From positions 655 to 64,654 of IMG/VR virus record IMGVR_UViG_2890318599_000001: DNA of 64,000 nt, one strand, 5' to 3'. The notes below the pieces were generated by a model. It searched no databases and was not told the DNA's origin. It saw nothing but the letters and a program-made list of their open reading frames with translations. Positions 17,836 through 27,700 of the stretch are shown piece after piece. The first letter of the stretch is position 1, and the number at the start of each line of letters is the position of its first letter. Source of the DNA: a virus. Its lineage: Duplodnaviria > Caudoviricetes. Position numbers and translations under genes: made by a program.

Positions 17836-19252
17836 ACGGTATTTTTGAAACGGTTCCTATTTCTGCAATTGCTTGTTCTCTGGTGCACCCAAGGCGGTTG
17901 ATTAATAGTTCAACTGCAGCCTCTACTGAATACCAGCCTTCGGCTATTGCTTTAATAATTTCCAGTGTTATCCGGATGCCATCGGCAGAATTCATCAAAT
18001 CACGATTACCCTTACTTTTAAGTGCTTTAGGCGTTATCGTAAATACAGGGTCAGACCACTTTTCCCCCAACCAGTCCTGAGCTATCTCTGCTATTGGCTT
18101 GATTAAATTTTCAATAAAGAAGTTTACAATAGGATTGATAACCGTATTCAGCTTCTGTTCATAGATTTCCTGCAGATAACCGGCACCTTTTCCCAATGCA
18201 CTTTCACTTTGTAAACCCGCAAGGACCGCATCCCATTGATTTGAAAGGATAATCACATCTCTTGCTTCAGCATTCTGTTCTTTGAAACTTCCTTCTTTAC
18301 GAGTATCAAAAGGCATGAACTTGCTTTGTTCAATACCTGCTTCTGAAGCAAACACTGCTACCCTACCCCTTTTGCCGCTGCCGGTATGTTGATTTAAAAT
18401 CTTTCTTCCAAGCTTATCAGCTTCTGCCTGTGATACATTGCCGGCAAGTACAATTGCACCGCCTACTACCATATTGTTTTCCAGGTTATCAAGATTGTAT
18501 CTTGCACCCTGGTATTCCAAACATTGATGTAAAATGCTCGGAACTGATGAAGGCATACCGTAATCATCATAACCGGCAAATGCGTTCTGCAGCCAGATAG
18601 CTGTTCTTTCAACACCCGTTTTTGTATCTTTTGACCAGCTTTTATTTTTATTAAAACCCCGGTCATAAAGTGGAATTGATTTGAATTTTTCAGCGTCTGT
18701 AACAACTCCTTTCTTCCTGAATTGCCGGGAGTATATCATGTTTACAATATCTCCGGAAGCATCAGGCACCCCAAGCCTGCAGTCAAGGAAATTGTGTGAA
18801 TACACATATACAAACTTTTTTCCTGCTACAGTGCCTCTAAGTATCTCAATTGGTGCATTACCGGTTGTATAAAAATTCTCAATTGCCTTTTTCAGAACGG
18901 TATTTAATGTTTCCTTTTTCCTGTTTGCCTTTTGGAAAATTTCCAGAAAACCTGCAGGCCATTTTTCAGGATCTACATCTTTAATAGAAAGGCCATCACC
19001 TATTGTATAATCTGTTTTGGTGGTTATACAGGCATTCTGTGTCGGGCTTTGAATTCTTGCCTCTAAAAGAGTGCCAAAGAAATTATCGTTAGGAAAAAGG
19101 AATGGTATGTAAGCGTTGCCACTATCAACATTATAGGACGCACCAGTAAACTCAAAGGGTATAGGATTCTTAGCATCCAGTACCACCTCGTTAGAAACGT
19201 GGATGGATGTTTTTTTCCCGGATACTATTCGCTTTTTGGCACCTGGTGGCAT
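17807..19252 (-). CDS. Portal protein
   Basis: 481 aa; SPTQNACI, GNA.IEI, YGMPS, TGSGKRGRV and VINP motifs. Confidence 0.8.
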   Translation of the reverse strand: MPPGAKKRIVSGKKTSIHVSNEVVLDAKNPIPFEFTGASYNVDSGNAYIPFLFPNDNFFGTLLEARIQSPTQNACITTKTDYTIGDGLSIKDVDPEKWPAGFLEIFQKANRKKETLNTVLKKAIENFYTTGNAPIEILRGTVAGKKFVYVYSHNFLDCRLGVPDASGDIVNMIYSRQFRKKGVVTDAEKFKSIPLYDRGFNKNKSWSKDTKTGVERTAIWLQNAFAGYDDYGMPSSVPSILHQCLEYQGARYNLDNLENNMVVGGAIVLAGNVSQAEADKLGRKILNQHTGSGKRGRVAVFASEAGIEQSKFMPFDTRKEGSFKEQNAEARDVIILSNQWDAVLAGLQSESALGKGAGYLQEIYEQKLNTVINPIVNFFIENLIKPIAEIAQDWLGEKWSDPVFTITPKALKSKGNRDLMNSADGIRITLEIIKAIAEGWYSVEAAVELLINRLGCTREQAIAEIGTVSKIPYVPKKSNKP

Positions 19253-19274
19253 TTACAATAATTGAATTAACGGT

Positions 19275-19562
19275 TTACTTCTTTTCTGAACCCGGAACCT
19301 GATTTGAATCAGCAGGTTTTTCAGTCTTGACAGCGTCTGTATTGCTTTTAATATCTGCAATAACCTGACTAGTCTTACCGGACTGTAGTTCCTGAAGTGT
19401 CGGCAATTGTTCGAAGTAGTTTGAAAGCGATTTACTGTTGCTTTGCCTTGCATACAAGGCCAGCTCCTGAAGTTCCTGAAGCGTTCTTTGTCCTAACGGT
19501 TTTGCATTACTGCCGAAGCCCACTTTAGTTTCCAGATATTTTTTCTTGATTGAGATTTGCAT
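19275..19562 (-). CDS. Hypothetical protein
   Basis: 95-aa ORF between major tail and portal genes. Confidence 0.6.
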   Translation of the reverse strand: MQISIKKKYLETKVGFGSNAKPLGQRTLQELQELALYARQSNSKSLSNYFEQLPTLQELQSGKTSQVIADIKSNTDAVKTEKPADSNQVPGSEKK

Positions 19563-19576
19563 AATTGTGTTTTTAA

Positions 19577-19610
19577 TAAAAAGGTGGCAATTTTAAACTG
19601 CCACCTTTTA
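19577..19610 (-). terminator. Terminator after the capsid/major tail genes
   Basis: aaaaggtggca/tgccacctttt inverted repeat. Confidence 0.7.
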
Positions 19611-19624
19611 TCAGTTATGAAATA

Positions 19625-20221
19625 CTAAGCAGTTTCCAGGTCAATTATTGACTGTACCGTGCCGGTATACTCAAACAATGGCCTGTTGTAATCACCAACC
19701 ATAATTGCGGTCTGTGAATTCGGATCATCCATCAACTTGCCTGAAGTACCGGTAGAACCATCCTGTTGCATTTCAAGAGGAATGCTAATGGCAGCGCCAT
19801 TAACATATTTCTCTCCGGCAATCAGAATTTTTCCGCTATTCATCTGGATGACAAGCCCAACCCCACAGCAGCAACCAGCTTTGTCAACAGCAATGTTCCA
19901 GTTTGCAATCAATTGTGACAATTCTGCAAGTTGGAATTCAAGTTTATGTGCATACTTTACAGAGCAACCATTGCGTGACTGTGTATAAGTATATTCAGCG
20001 GTCTTTTTATCGAAGCGGATTGGATACATCAATGCGCCGTCGGCTGCAACAGCATCCTCACTAAGAGCTATAACAGTATAAGGTGCAACTGTTCCATCTA
20101 CTGCCGGAGCTGCCTGAGTGAAATCGAAATCTTCACCATCAAAGATCCAAACACGGGCAATCCCGCCTGTTGTTGCTGAACATGTCCTGTTATATGGTTT
20201 TAATTTGACACAAAGTGACAT
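19625..20221 (-). CDS. Putative major tail (tube) protein
   Basis: C...GGI..V N-terminal motif and TGTSGK...D.N C-terminal motif; follows the capsid gene. Confidence 0.6.
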   Translation of the reverse strand: MSLCVKLKPYNRTCSATTGGIARVWIFDGEDFDFTQAAPAVDGTVAPYTVIALSEDAVAADGALMYPIRFDKKTAEYTYTQSRNGCSVKYAHKLEFQLAELSQLIANWNIAVDKAGCCCGVGLVIQMNSGKILIAGEKYVNGAAISIPLEMQQDGSTGTSGKLMDDPNSQTAIMVGDYNRPLFEYTGTVQSIIDLETA

Positions 20222-20271
20222 ACAAAGATATTTTAAAAGTTACGTAAATAAATATTATTGAACTTATTTAA

Positions 20272-21312
20272 TTACTGTTCAGGCACAGCAAAAGAAACAT
20301 ATTCCGGAAGCGCAATCTGTGTACCGGCTTTCAGGAACATTTGGAAATACCAGGAAAGGTCTTTCTTTTCATACCAAACCATCAGTGAGGTTGAATCAGG
20401 GCCATTGCCTGTTTCCCCATCCATCTCACCATATGTTTTATCAGTACCGTAAACAAAGTTCCCTCTAACTGTAAGGATTGCCGCATTACGGTTAGGGCCG
20501 CCATATACTTCAGCCATAATTGGCTCCCATAATGGTTCTACAAGAATTGGAATACCTTCAAATGTTGAAATGCTTACTCCATTTGCATAATTGGCAATGA
20601 TGGTATCTGCCTGACCGGTATTCTTTAACCATTTACGGTAACCGTCCAAAACGGATTGCGTAACCGTAAAGTATTTCTCTGCAGGTGGCAATGAACGCAT
20701 TAATGGATGCTGGTTGTCATAAAGGTTCTGTAGTACATTTACCGCTGTTTGAGGGCTTGTCCTTAAATCCCTTACTGGGATTGAGAAACCCTGGTTTTCT
20801 GGAATTGCTCCTGCAGCATAATACGCGGCAATCCATTTAAAGATACCATCGTACTTATTTGTTGACCACTCAGACGGGCTATCAATCCTTTCAATGTCAC
20901 CGAAGTAGGCATTTGATGCAACATCAGTCATGACTGCTTGTCTGAACCAAGGAAGGATTTTATTACCGAATAATGGATCCTGATTTCTCCAGTCTTTTAA
21001 ACAGCCGGTGTAAAACTCGTTTTTACAATGCTTTGCTGCAGCATATAGTTCATCAACCGTAATGCGACGATTGGTGGTACCTGCAACCTTCTTATAATTC
21101 AGATCACAGGAAGCGTCGCGGCGTTGAAGAATGTTTTTCATTCTTCTGATTTCAATGATATCTCTTTTTGAGATTACATTGTCCATCAGAGTGAATTCTC
21201 CAAGTGTGCCGGTAAATGGCATGGTTTCCGGAACCAAATCCTGGAATGCAGGAATGATAATTGATTCATGAAACTGAAGACTTGATATAGAAAATGGTTG
21301 TAGAATTGTCAT
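20272..21312 (-). CDS. Major capsid protein (HK97 fold, inferred)
   Basis: 346 aa; downstream of head protease; FGD, DGIFK and FEGIPI motifs. Confidence 0.75.
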   Translation of the reverse strand: MTILQPFSISSLQFHESIIIPAFQDLVPETMPFTGTLGEFTLMDNVISKRDIIEIRRMKNILQRRDASCDLNYKKVAGTTNRRITVDELYAAAKHCKNEFYTGCLKDWRNQDPLFGNKILPWFRQAVMTDVASNAYFGDIERIDSPSEWSTNKYDGIFKWIAAYYAAGAIPENQGFSIPVRDLRTSPQTAVNVLQNLYDNQHPLMRSLPPAEKYFTVTQSVLDGYRKWLKNTGQADTIIANYANGVSISTFEGIPILVEPLWEPIMAEVYGGPNRNAAILTVRGNFVYGTDKTYGEMDGETGNGPDSTSLMVWYEKKDLSWYFQMFLKAGTQIALPEYVSFAVPEQ

Positions 21313-21365
21313 TTTATTAAAAATTGATTGCGTTAATAATTTTATCCTTCAGAAATGTTGTTTGG

Positions 21366-21995
21366 CTATGCAGCTACTAAGGCAGTTTGTTTTGCAATCA
21401 AATCAGCCAATGCATCATCAACATCTTCTTGCGTAGCATCTTCGTCATTAATAACAGCGAGGGCAGCAGTTTTAGAAGTAACAAATGCAGTCCAGGTAGG
21501 AGCAGTGTAGGCATCTTCATCCAATAAGGCAACGGCATTTAATTTGGCTTGTAACGCTGTTTTGTCAACATCAATAGGATTTGGTTCAGGTGCCGGGTCT
21601 AGAGGTGTCTGTGCCGAAGCCTCTGAAAATTTCTTATCCCAGCCGCCGAGGCTACCGGCAGCACCGATTTGACTTGCAGAACCATCAGCAGTACAGCCAC
21701 CGTTTGTTATAATTGTAGCAGTTACAGAATAAGGTTTAGAGGCGTTTAAGGATGCAGTACTTACCACTACATTTCCATTAACAGTGTCTATGTGGCCAAA
21801 TGCTGTACCGCCGAATTGGTCATGGACGGCAATGCGACCAATCTTCCAGCCATCTGGTGAGGAAACAGTGCTTGCGCTGGTAACAGTTACTGTCTTTGCA
21901 CCCGCATTATAGGCATAAGTCAGGACAGGAGTAAAACCACTGCAATTGCAATTTCTACAGTAGTTAATGAGGTTTGAATTATCTATAGCTATCAT
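21366..21995 (-). CDS. Putative head decoration protein with C-terminal FIVAR-like domain
   Basis: Between protease and capsid; C-terminal VDKTAL...YTAPTW...ATQEDVDDAL motif after a Pro-rich linker. Confidence 0.6.
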   Translation of the reverse strand: MIAIDNSNLINYCRNCNCSGFTPVLTYAYNAGAKTVTVTSASTVSSPDGWKIGRIAVHDQFGGTAFGHIDTVNGNVVVSTASLNASKPYSVTATIITNGGCTADGSASQIGAAGSLGGWDKKFSEASAQTPLDPAPEPNPIDVDKTALQAKLNAVALLDEDAYTAPTWTAFVTSKTAALAVINDEDATQEDVDDALADLIAKQTALVAA

Positions 21996-22045
21996 CGCTA
22001 AAATGAGTTAAGAATTGATTAGTAAATATTGTTTCTTGGTACCGG

Positions 22046-23191
22046 TTACTCAGCTTCAGCCGTTGCCTTGCCGAATGAACCTATTACTTTTGCTTTGGGG
22101 GCTTTCTCAGGGCCATCATGGGATTCTTTGCCAAGCTTATCCTGGATTTCAGTTTTCAAATCACCATTTTCCTTTTCAAGTTTTGCATTGGCAGCTTCCA
22201 AATCCTTGATACGCTGTTCGTATTTTTCAAAAACTGCATTGGTAACAGAATTAACGATACCGGTTTGGAACGCACCATCAGCTTTTTCAAAATCTGCAAT
22301 CTTATCCTGGATAGGTTTGATTTCCTCTGATACATCTGTCTGCAAACCCTCTATCATGGTTTTCATGGGCTCTCCGATTAAGTTGGCCACATCAACAGAT
22401 AATGTTTCAGGAGTCGTTTTTTCAATTTTCTTACCTGTAATAGCGTCAATAAAGGCGTTTACTTTGTCTTTGAACTTCATAAAATTTGTTTTGAATGATT
22501 GAAAATCTTCTGGCTCTGCTTCTTCTTCAGAGTCTTCGTCAGTAATTAAGTTTTGGGGGATATTGCGATAGTCCGGTGCAAGCGTTTTTACTCTTGCCGC
22601 AATCTGGAACTGTTCGTTATCGTTGTAGGTTTCATCTGCGAAGCCTTGGGCCACCGCTTCAGAACCTGTCATCCAATAATCACCTTTCTCGATGAGCGCA
22701 TTAATTTCGTTGACAGACTTACCGGTACGTTGAGCATAGATGTCAACTATCTGGCGGGTGTACATATCCACAACATCGGCAGCGTTCCTTAAATCATCGC
22801 TGTTGCCGATGGCGCCTCCCCAGGCTTTGTGGATAACCATAAAACCGTTTCGTGCGATTTTTAATTTACCCTTGTTTGCTGCCATTGCCATAACGGAAGC
22901 AATGGAGCCGGCCATACCGATTATATCGGTTTCGACTTTTACACCGTAATGCTTCAGGAAATTGTAAATAGCAAGACCAATTGAGGCATCACCACCCTGG
23001 CTATCAATCGTGAGGATTACAGTTTTGGGATTGTAATTTTTCACTTGCTTTACAACGTCATTAACCATGTTGGTTGTGTCGCCGGTCCACCAGTCGTATT
23101 CATTGAAAATGTCATCGAGGAAAAACAGCTCCAGTGTGGAATTATCACCAACTGAATTACGAATTGCTACTTTGAAGTTTTGCTTTGCCAT
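22046..23191 (-). CDS. ClpP-like head maturation protease with C-terminal scaffold region
   Basis: IDSQGGD, GMAGSIASV, MVIHKAW, WMTGSEAVAQGFAD; coiled-coil C-terminus. Confidence 0.9.
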   Translation of the reverse strand: MAKQNFKVAIRNSVGDNSTLELFFLDDIFNEYDWWTGDTTNMVNDVVKQVKNYNPKTVILTIDSQGGDASIGLAIYNFLKHYGVKVETDIIGMAGSIASVMAMAANKGKLKIARNGFMVIHKAWGGAIGNSDDLRNAADVVDMYTRQIVDIYAQRTGKSVNEINALIEKGDYWMTGSEAVAQGFADETYNDNEQFQIAARVKTLAPDYRNIPQNLITDEDSEEEAEPEDFQSFKTNFMKFKDKVNAFIDAITGKKIEKTTPETLSVDVANLIGEPMKTMIEGLQTDVSEEIKPIQDKIADFEKADGAFQTGIVNSVTNAVFEKYEQRIKDLEAANAKLEKENGDLKTEIQDKLGKESHDGPEKAPKAKVIGSFGKATAEAE

Positions 23192-23295
23192 CTTGATAGC
23201 AAAGGTCAGATAGGATGTAGCTACTAAAAGTGAATTTTGGTTGTAAGTGTTCGGTTTATACGTACGAAAAATGTAACTTTCTCAAAATTATTAAA

Positions 23296-23406
23296 ATGAA
23301 ACCTACAACTGAGGAAATTTTAAATGGATTAAATGATGATGATTTACAATTATCATTTGAAGAAATGCTTTCTAATAATGCAACGCTAGAATATGGCGAT
23401 ACATAG
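23296..23406 (+). CDS. 36-aa acidic micro-ORF (MKPTTEEILNGLNDDDLQ...)
   Basis: Read from sequence; A-rich leader; lies in the gap between protease and moron. Confidence 0.3.
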   Translation: MKPTTEEILNGLNDDDLQLSFEEMLSNNATLEYGDT

Positions 23407-23467
23407 ATTTTTAAAAAATAATTAATATTTCGGTTCGATTTGTCAAATACTTATTTAAGAAATCACT

Positions 23468-24457
23468 TTACAATTCAATATTACCAGATTCAGAATCATT
23501 TATTTCTTTCCCTAATGCGATAAGTATTTCCGAAGGTTTAGAAAGTAAATCAGGACGCTTATTTAGCAAATGCAATTCTTTAATAGAAAGTGTTCTTACT
23601 TGAACATTAACTTCTCCATCTGTATTTGTCACCTTTACAACAATTAGGGATCCAATTCTAATTGCTGCGTTAGGTATATTCTCGACTGATTTTAATATAT
23701 TTAGCAAAGCTTCAGAGTTATTCTTATCAATCTCTGACTGTGGTTTTAAAATTGTATTAACTTCGACGCCATATTCAACTTCTTTAATCCTGTCTGTTAC
23801 TTCGCTACTAGTTAGTGCCTTTTTTGAGTTGGCAATTAATCTTTTAATCCATGATCCATGTATAGCCTGAAATTCTATTGATTTTTGAAATCCGATGAAA
23901 TCAAGAAAATCTAAAATAGAAGTATACGTATTGAATATATCCGTTGAATTATCTGTATCCAAGTAAATATTAACTGGAATTCTTTGAATGCCAAATTCAA
24001 GATTGTTATCAGGATTTGAAACAATATTAAATACAATTTCCTTCAATTCACCATTTTCAACTTGTAACTCTTCAACAGATTCCTTCAACAAATCTACTTT
24101 TTTAAGCACTTCCTTAATTGCTTCATTTTGAATATCCTTTTCTAAGATACTATCCGTATTTATATTATTTACTCGAGTAAAATCATTGAGTCTTTCATAA
24201 AATTCTTTTACATATTTTTCATCTGTAGTTTTAATTGTTGTTTCTGAAGATTTAGAATTAATTTGAAATATATCTTCATTGAATAATCCTCCAAATTGTA
24301 TTTTATAAGGACCATTTCTACCTTTTATGTATTCTGGAAGGGTATTAAAATGCCACTTATAATTATGCTTAGACAACTCTTCGACTAACTTACTTACTCT
24401 TGCTTCAAATTCATCAAGTTCAGCTTGGGTAATTTGGTTACTGTTATCTGTAGACAT
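23468..24457 (-). CDS. AT-rich hypothetical moron protein
   Basis: 329 aa, lower GC than flanking genes, inserted between tail and head modules. Confidence 0.7.
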   Translation of the reverse strand: MSTDNSNQITQAELDEFEARVSKLVEELSKHNYKWHFNTLPEYIKGRNGPYKIQFGGLFNEDIFQINSKSSETTIKTTDEKYVKEFYERLNDFTRVNNINTDSILEKDIQNEAIKEVLKKVDLLKESVEELQVENGELKEIVFNIVSNPDNNLEFGIQRIPVNIYLDTDNSTDIFNTYTSILDFLDFIGFQKSIEFQAIHGSWIKRLIANSKKALTSSEVTDRIKEVEYGVEVNTILKPQSEIDKNNSEALLNILKSVENIPNAAIRIGSLIVVKVTNTDGEVNVQVRTLSIKELHLLNKRPDLLSKPSEILIALGKEINDSESGNIEL

Positions 24458-24538
24458 TGTTTTAGATTAAAATGGAGAATTTAGATTTATTACAAAAATA
24501 TGTATTTTCTATATTGTTAAACCTACTAATGTTTTTTG

Positions 24539-24781
24539 TCATTTTTTTAATTGTTCTCCACATTTCCTACACCGGCTCTGTACTGTGCTCTTCGATAGCT
24601 TTACTTTATTTGCAATCTGTTGTAATGATTTTTTCTTTGCTCGCTCAGAACACACTACAACCTGAACCATATCCACGCCGGTGAGCTTTAAGAACTTGTC
24701 CATATCAAGCAATGCGAGTTCCCGGAGCTGTTCTTTCAAGTCAGGGAATGTTATTGTAGTAACTGTTACTTTCCTTCTCAT
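24539..24781 (-). CDS. Small HTH protein
   Basis: KSLQQIANKVKLSKSTVQ HTH motif; overlaps the tape measure stop. Confidence 0.6.
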   Translation of the reverse strand: MRRKVTVTTITFPDLKEQLRELALLDMDKFLKLTGVDMVQVVVCSERAKKKSLQQIANKVKLSKSTVQSRCRKCGEQLKK

Positions 24782-27700
24782 AGTGTTGCGAGTTTAACGG
24801 CCTTAGATTTTTTATCCTGGTAATTTGTTACTGCGTTAGGGTTTAATTGAACCTGTAGGGTTAATATTTGACTGCTCATTGCGGTTATAGCATCTGCCTG
24901 GGCTTTTAAGGTAGCCAGCACTTCGGAGTTATCCTGTGCGGCAGCGGTATTAAGATATTGCCTTGGCATAATCACCGGCGCTTTAAGGTTCATTCCCAAA
25001 CTGCCGCCATAATCATACATGAATCTTGTTGCACCAGGTGCAAAATCAACACCGCCCCCTGCAACATTCGCAGCTGAAGATATTTGTGCCGGCGTACCGG
25101 TTACTGTCATTCTTTTACCACTGGACATGCTATTTTTATTGATAACATAACCTTCCTTGCCTTCTACTTCTTTATTCGATATCGGTATGCCGCCATTCAC
25201 GTGAGAGGGACCATCGAATATTCCACCGTAACTGAGTGTAGATTTTAGCTTACCACCCTTTTCAAATTTAGTAGATTCAATTTTAGCACGCTGTAAAGCA
25301 TAAGAAGCAGCGACCAACCCTAGATTAATAGCCACTTGTGCATAATTCGGTAGAGATAGCAATGATCTTACGGCAGCTAATGCTGAATCGACTGCCAATT
25401 CTTTTAATGCAATCTTTTTCTTTTCTTCACTATACTTCTTATCAGATGCCGCTCGTTTAGCATCGTACTTTTTCTCGATTTCTTCCTTTTGCTGTTCAGA
25501 AGTAGCCAGGTTTAATTCCTGTTCTTTTTGGGCATCTTGCTCTTTGTTGGTTTGTTCCTGAGCGTTTTCAATCTTTTGTTTTTGCAAATCGAAAAGTGGC
25601 TTTAAAATTGATTGATTGGCAGCTTCTATTGCGGAGGTTATTTTACCAAGAGCATTCCTGAAATCATCCCAGCCATCGAGAATGGTGTCTAAGTTATTTT
25701 GAGAAATAGCTGCTGAATTTTCAGCTAATTCTTTATTTAATCCTTCTACTTGACTGTTGTAATCTTTTTCGTTGATTACTCCTGCAGTATGCAGCTTTTC
25801 TGTCTCGATTAATTTCGAATAAATAGAAGCGCGTTGAATTTGAAGTATTTTTGCTTGATGTTTTCTTTCAAGATCTTCAAATGCTTCCTTTCTTGCCTCT
25901 TCGGTTGCAAATTGCTGATTGAATAGTTCTGTTTTAGCATTAGCAAAGCTGGTATCTTCTTGATTTGCAGATGAGGTAGTACCTTTATCAATGGCCTCAA
26001 ATGTTGTGTCATAAATTTTTTTGTTATTTTCCAGCCTATCATTTAAGATTTTCGTTTCTAGCTTTTTCAGTTCATCCCATCTTTTCTGAGCATTTTCTAA
26101 AGATTTTACACCATATTTTGCCTCTAATGTGTTCAAGGAAACATTGAAATCTATTTGTGCTTTTAAGGCATCATTATCATATTGTAATTGTGCTTCTGAT
26201 TTTTGCAGCTCTGTACTATTTACACTTTCGGTTACTAACTTTAATTTGTTATCGGCATTTCGATTAGCAGATTGAAGAGTTTGCTGAGCTGATTTTTCAC
26301 CAAGATCATATAGCTTCTGGTTTTTATCTTTTTCAGCGAGAACAGCCTGAAGCATTAATTCAGCTCTTTGTTTCTTTTCTTCAGCATTTCCTTCTTTAAT
26401 AATCGCAAGTTTCTTGGTAATACCATCTTGAGTGATTTTATTTAATTCAGTATAGTAATCAAATTCAGAAATAGTTCCCAGAGTTTTTCGTTTTTCGAGT
26501 TCAGCTTTAAGTAGGTCAGTTTCCGTTTCAATTTCTTTTAAGCTATCTTTAGTTTCCCCAGTAAGCTTTGCACCATTATAGGTTTTTTCTTTCTCGGGCT
26601 TACCGTTTTTCTTCGCGTTGAGGTCATCTAATTCCTTCTGATAAATTTGTCGCTGCTTTATATTACTATCTTGTGCATTTTTATCGGTCAAAGCTATAAG
26701 GGCATAGGAATCTTCGAGACTTTTAATTAAATCCTTAAGTTCATTTTCTAGTTCACCAACAGTTTGTTTAGCACCGTTTTTAGAATCATCTGAAATTTTC
26801 TTGGCACTATCTACAATCTGACCTCCTATTGCTTTTGTGAAAAAATCAATATCTTTCTGGGCTTCCTTCTGTAGTTGTTGATAATAGTATTTTATATATG
26901 CCTGCTCTGAATTTAATGTTCCAAATTTAACTGCATCAATTACAGAGGAAAAAAATGGATTACTTGCTTGCTTCCTATACTCTTCTTTTGCAAAATCAGG
27001 ATCAGTGGCTGCACGAGCTTCATTCTTTTGGGCATCCAATAATTTTTCGCGAGACTTAGTCAATCCATTATCTATAGCCTGAGCTTTTGCTTTGTTTTCC
27101 AAGGCTTTTACATAATCATTTATAACCTTTATTCCTTCGGCTGTTTTTATATTTTCCAGTTTAAGGTTTCCCAAGTATTCTGGAGCTATTGCAATTAATT
27201 GTTGAAGAGCAATTTTTCTTGCTGCAAGAGAAATATTGTTGTCCTTAATAACAGAAGTTAAGGCATTTATTTTTGCAGTAGTGCCGGCAGTAGCCTGAGC
27301 AACCTCAGTCTGGATTTCTCCATTTAACTGCGACGCTCTATAATTATCTTTTAATTTATTGGTAGATGCAAATACAGCAGTTCCCAGTGCCACAAACCCG
27401 GCTGTAACAGCACCTATAATTGCCAATATCCATCCAAACGGAAGAGAGACCAAGGCTGCCCTGAACAAATTTGTTGCTGTTGTTGCTATGTTTGTAGCTC
27501 CGGAGAAAAAACCCATTACTGCAGTATATGCAGTTTGTGCGATAGTCAAAGCACCGAGTGCAATTCGTGAAATTAAAAGTTGGGCATTTAAGAGAGCCAG
27601 CCGGCTATATTGTAAAACTAACTCCTTGTTTGCTACAGCCCATCCAGCGGCCCACAAAGTAACCAGCGAAATCACAGTTGGCAGATTATTTATAAATAAC

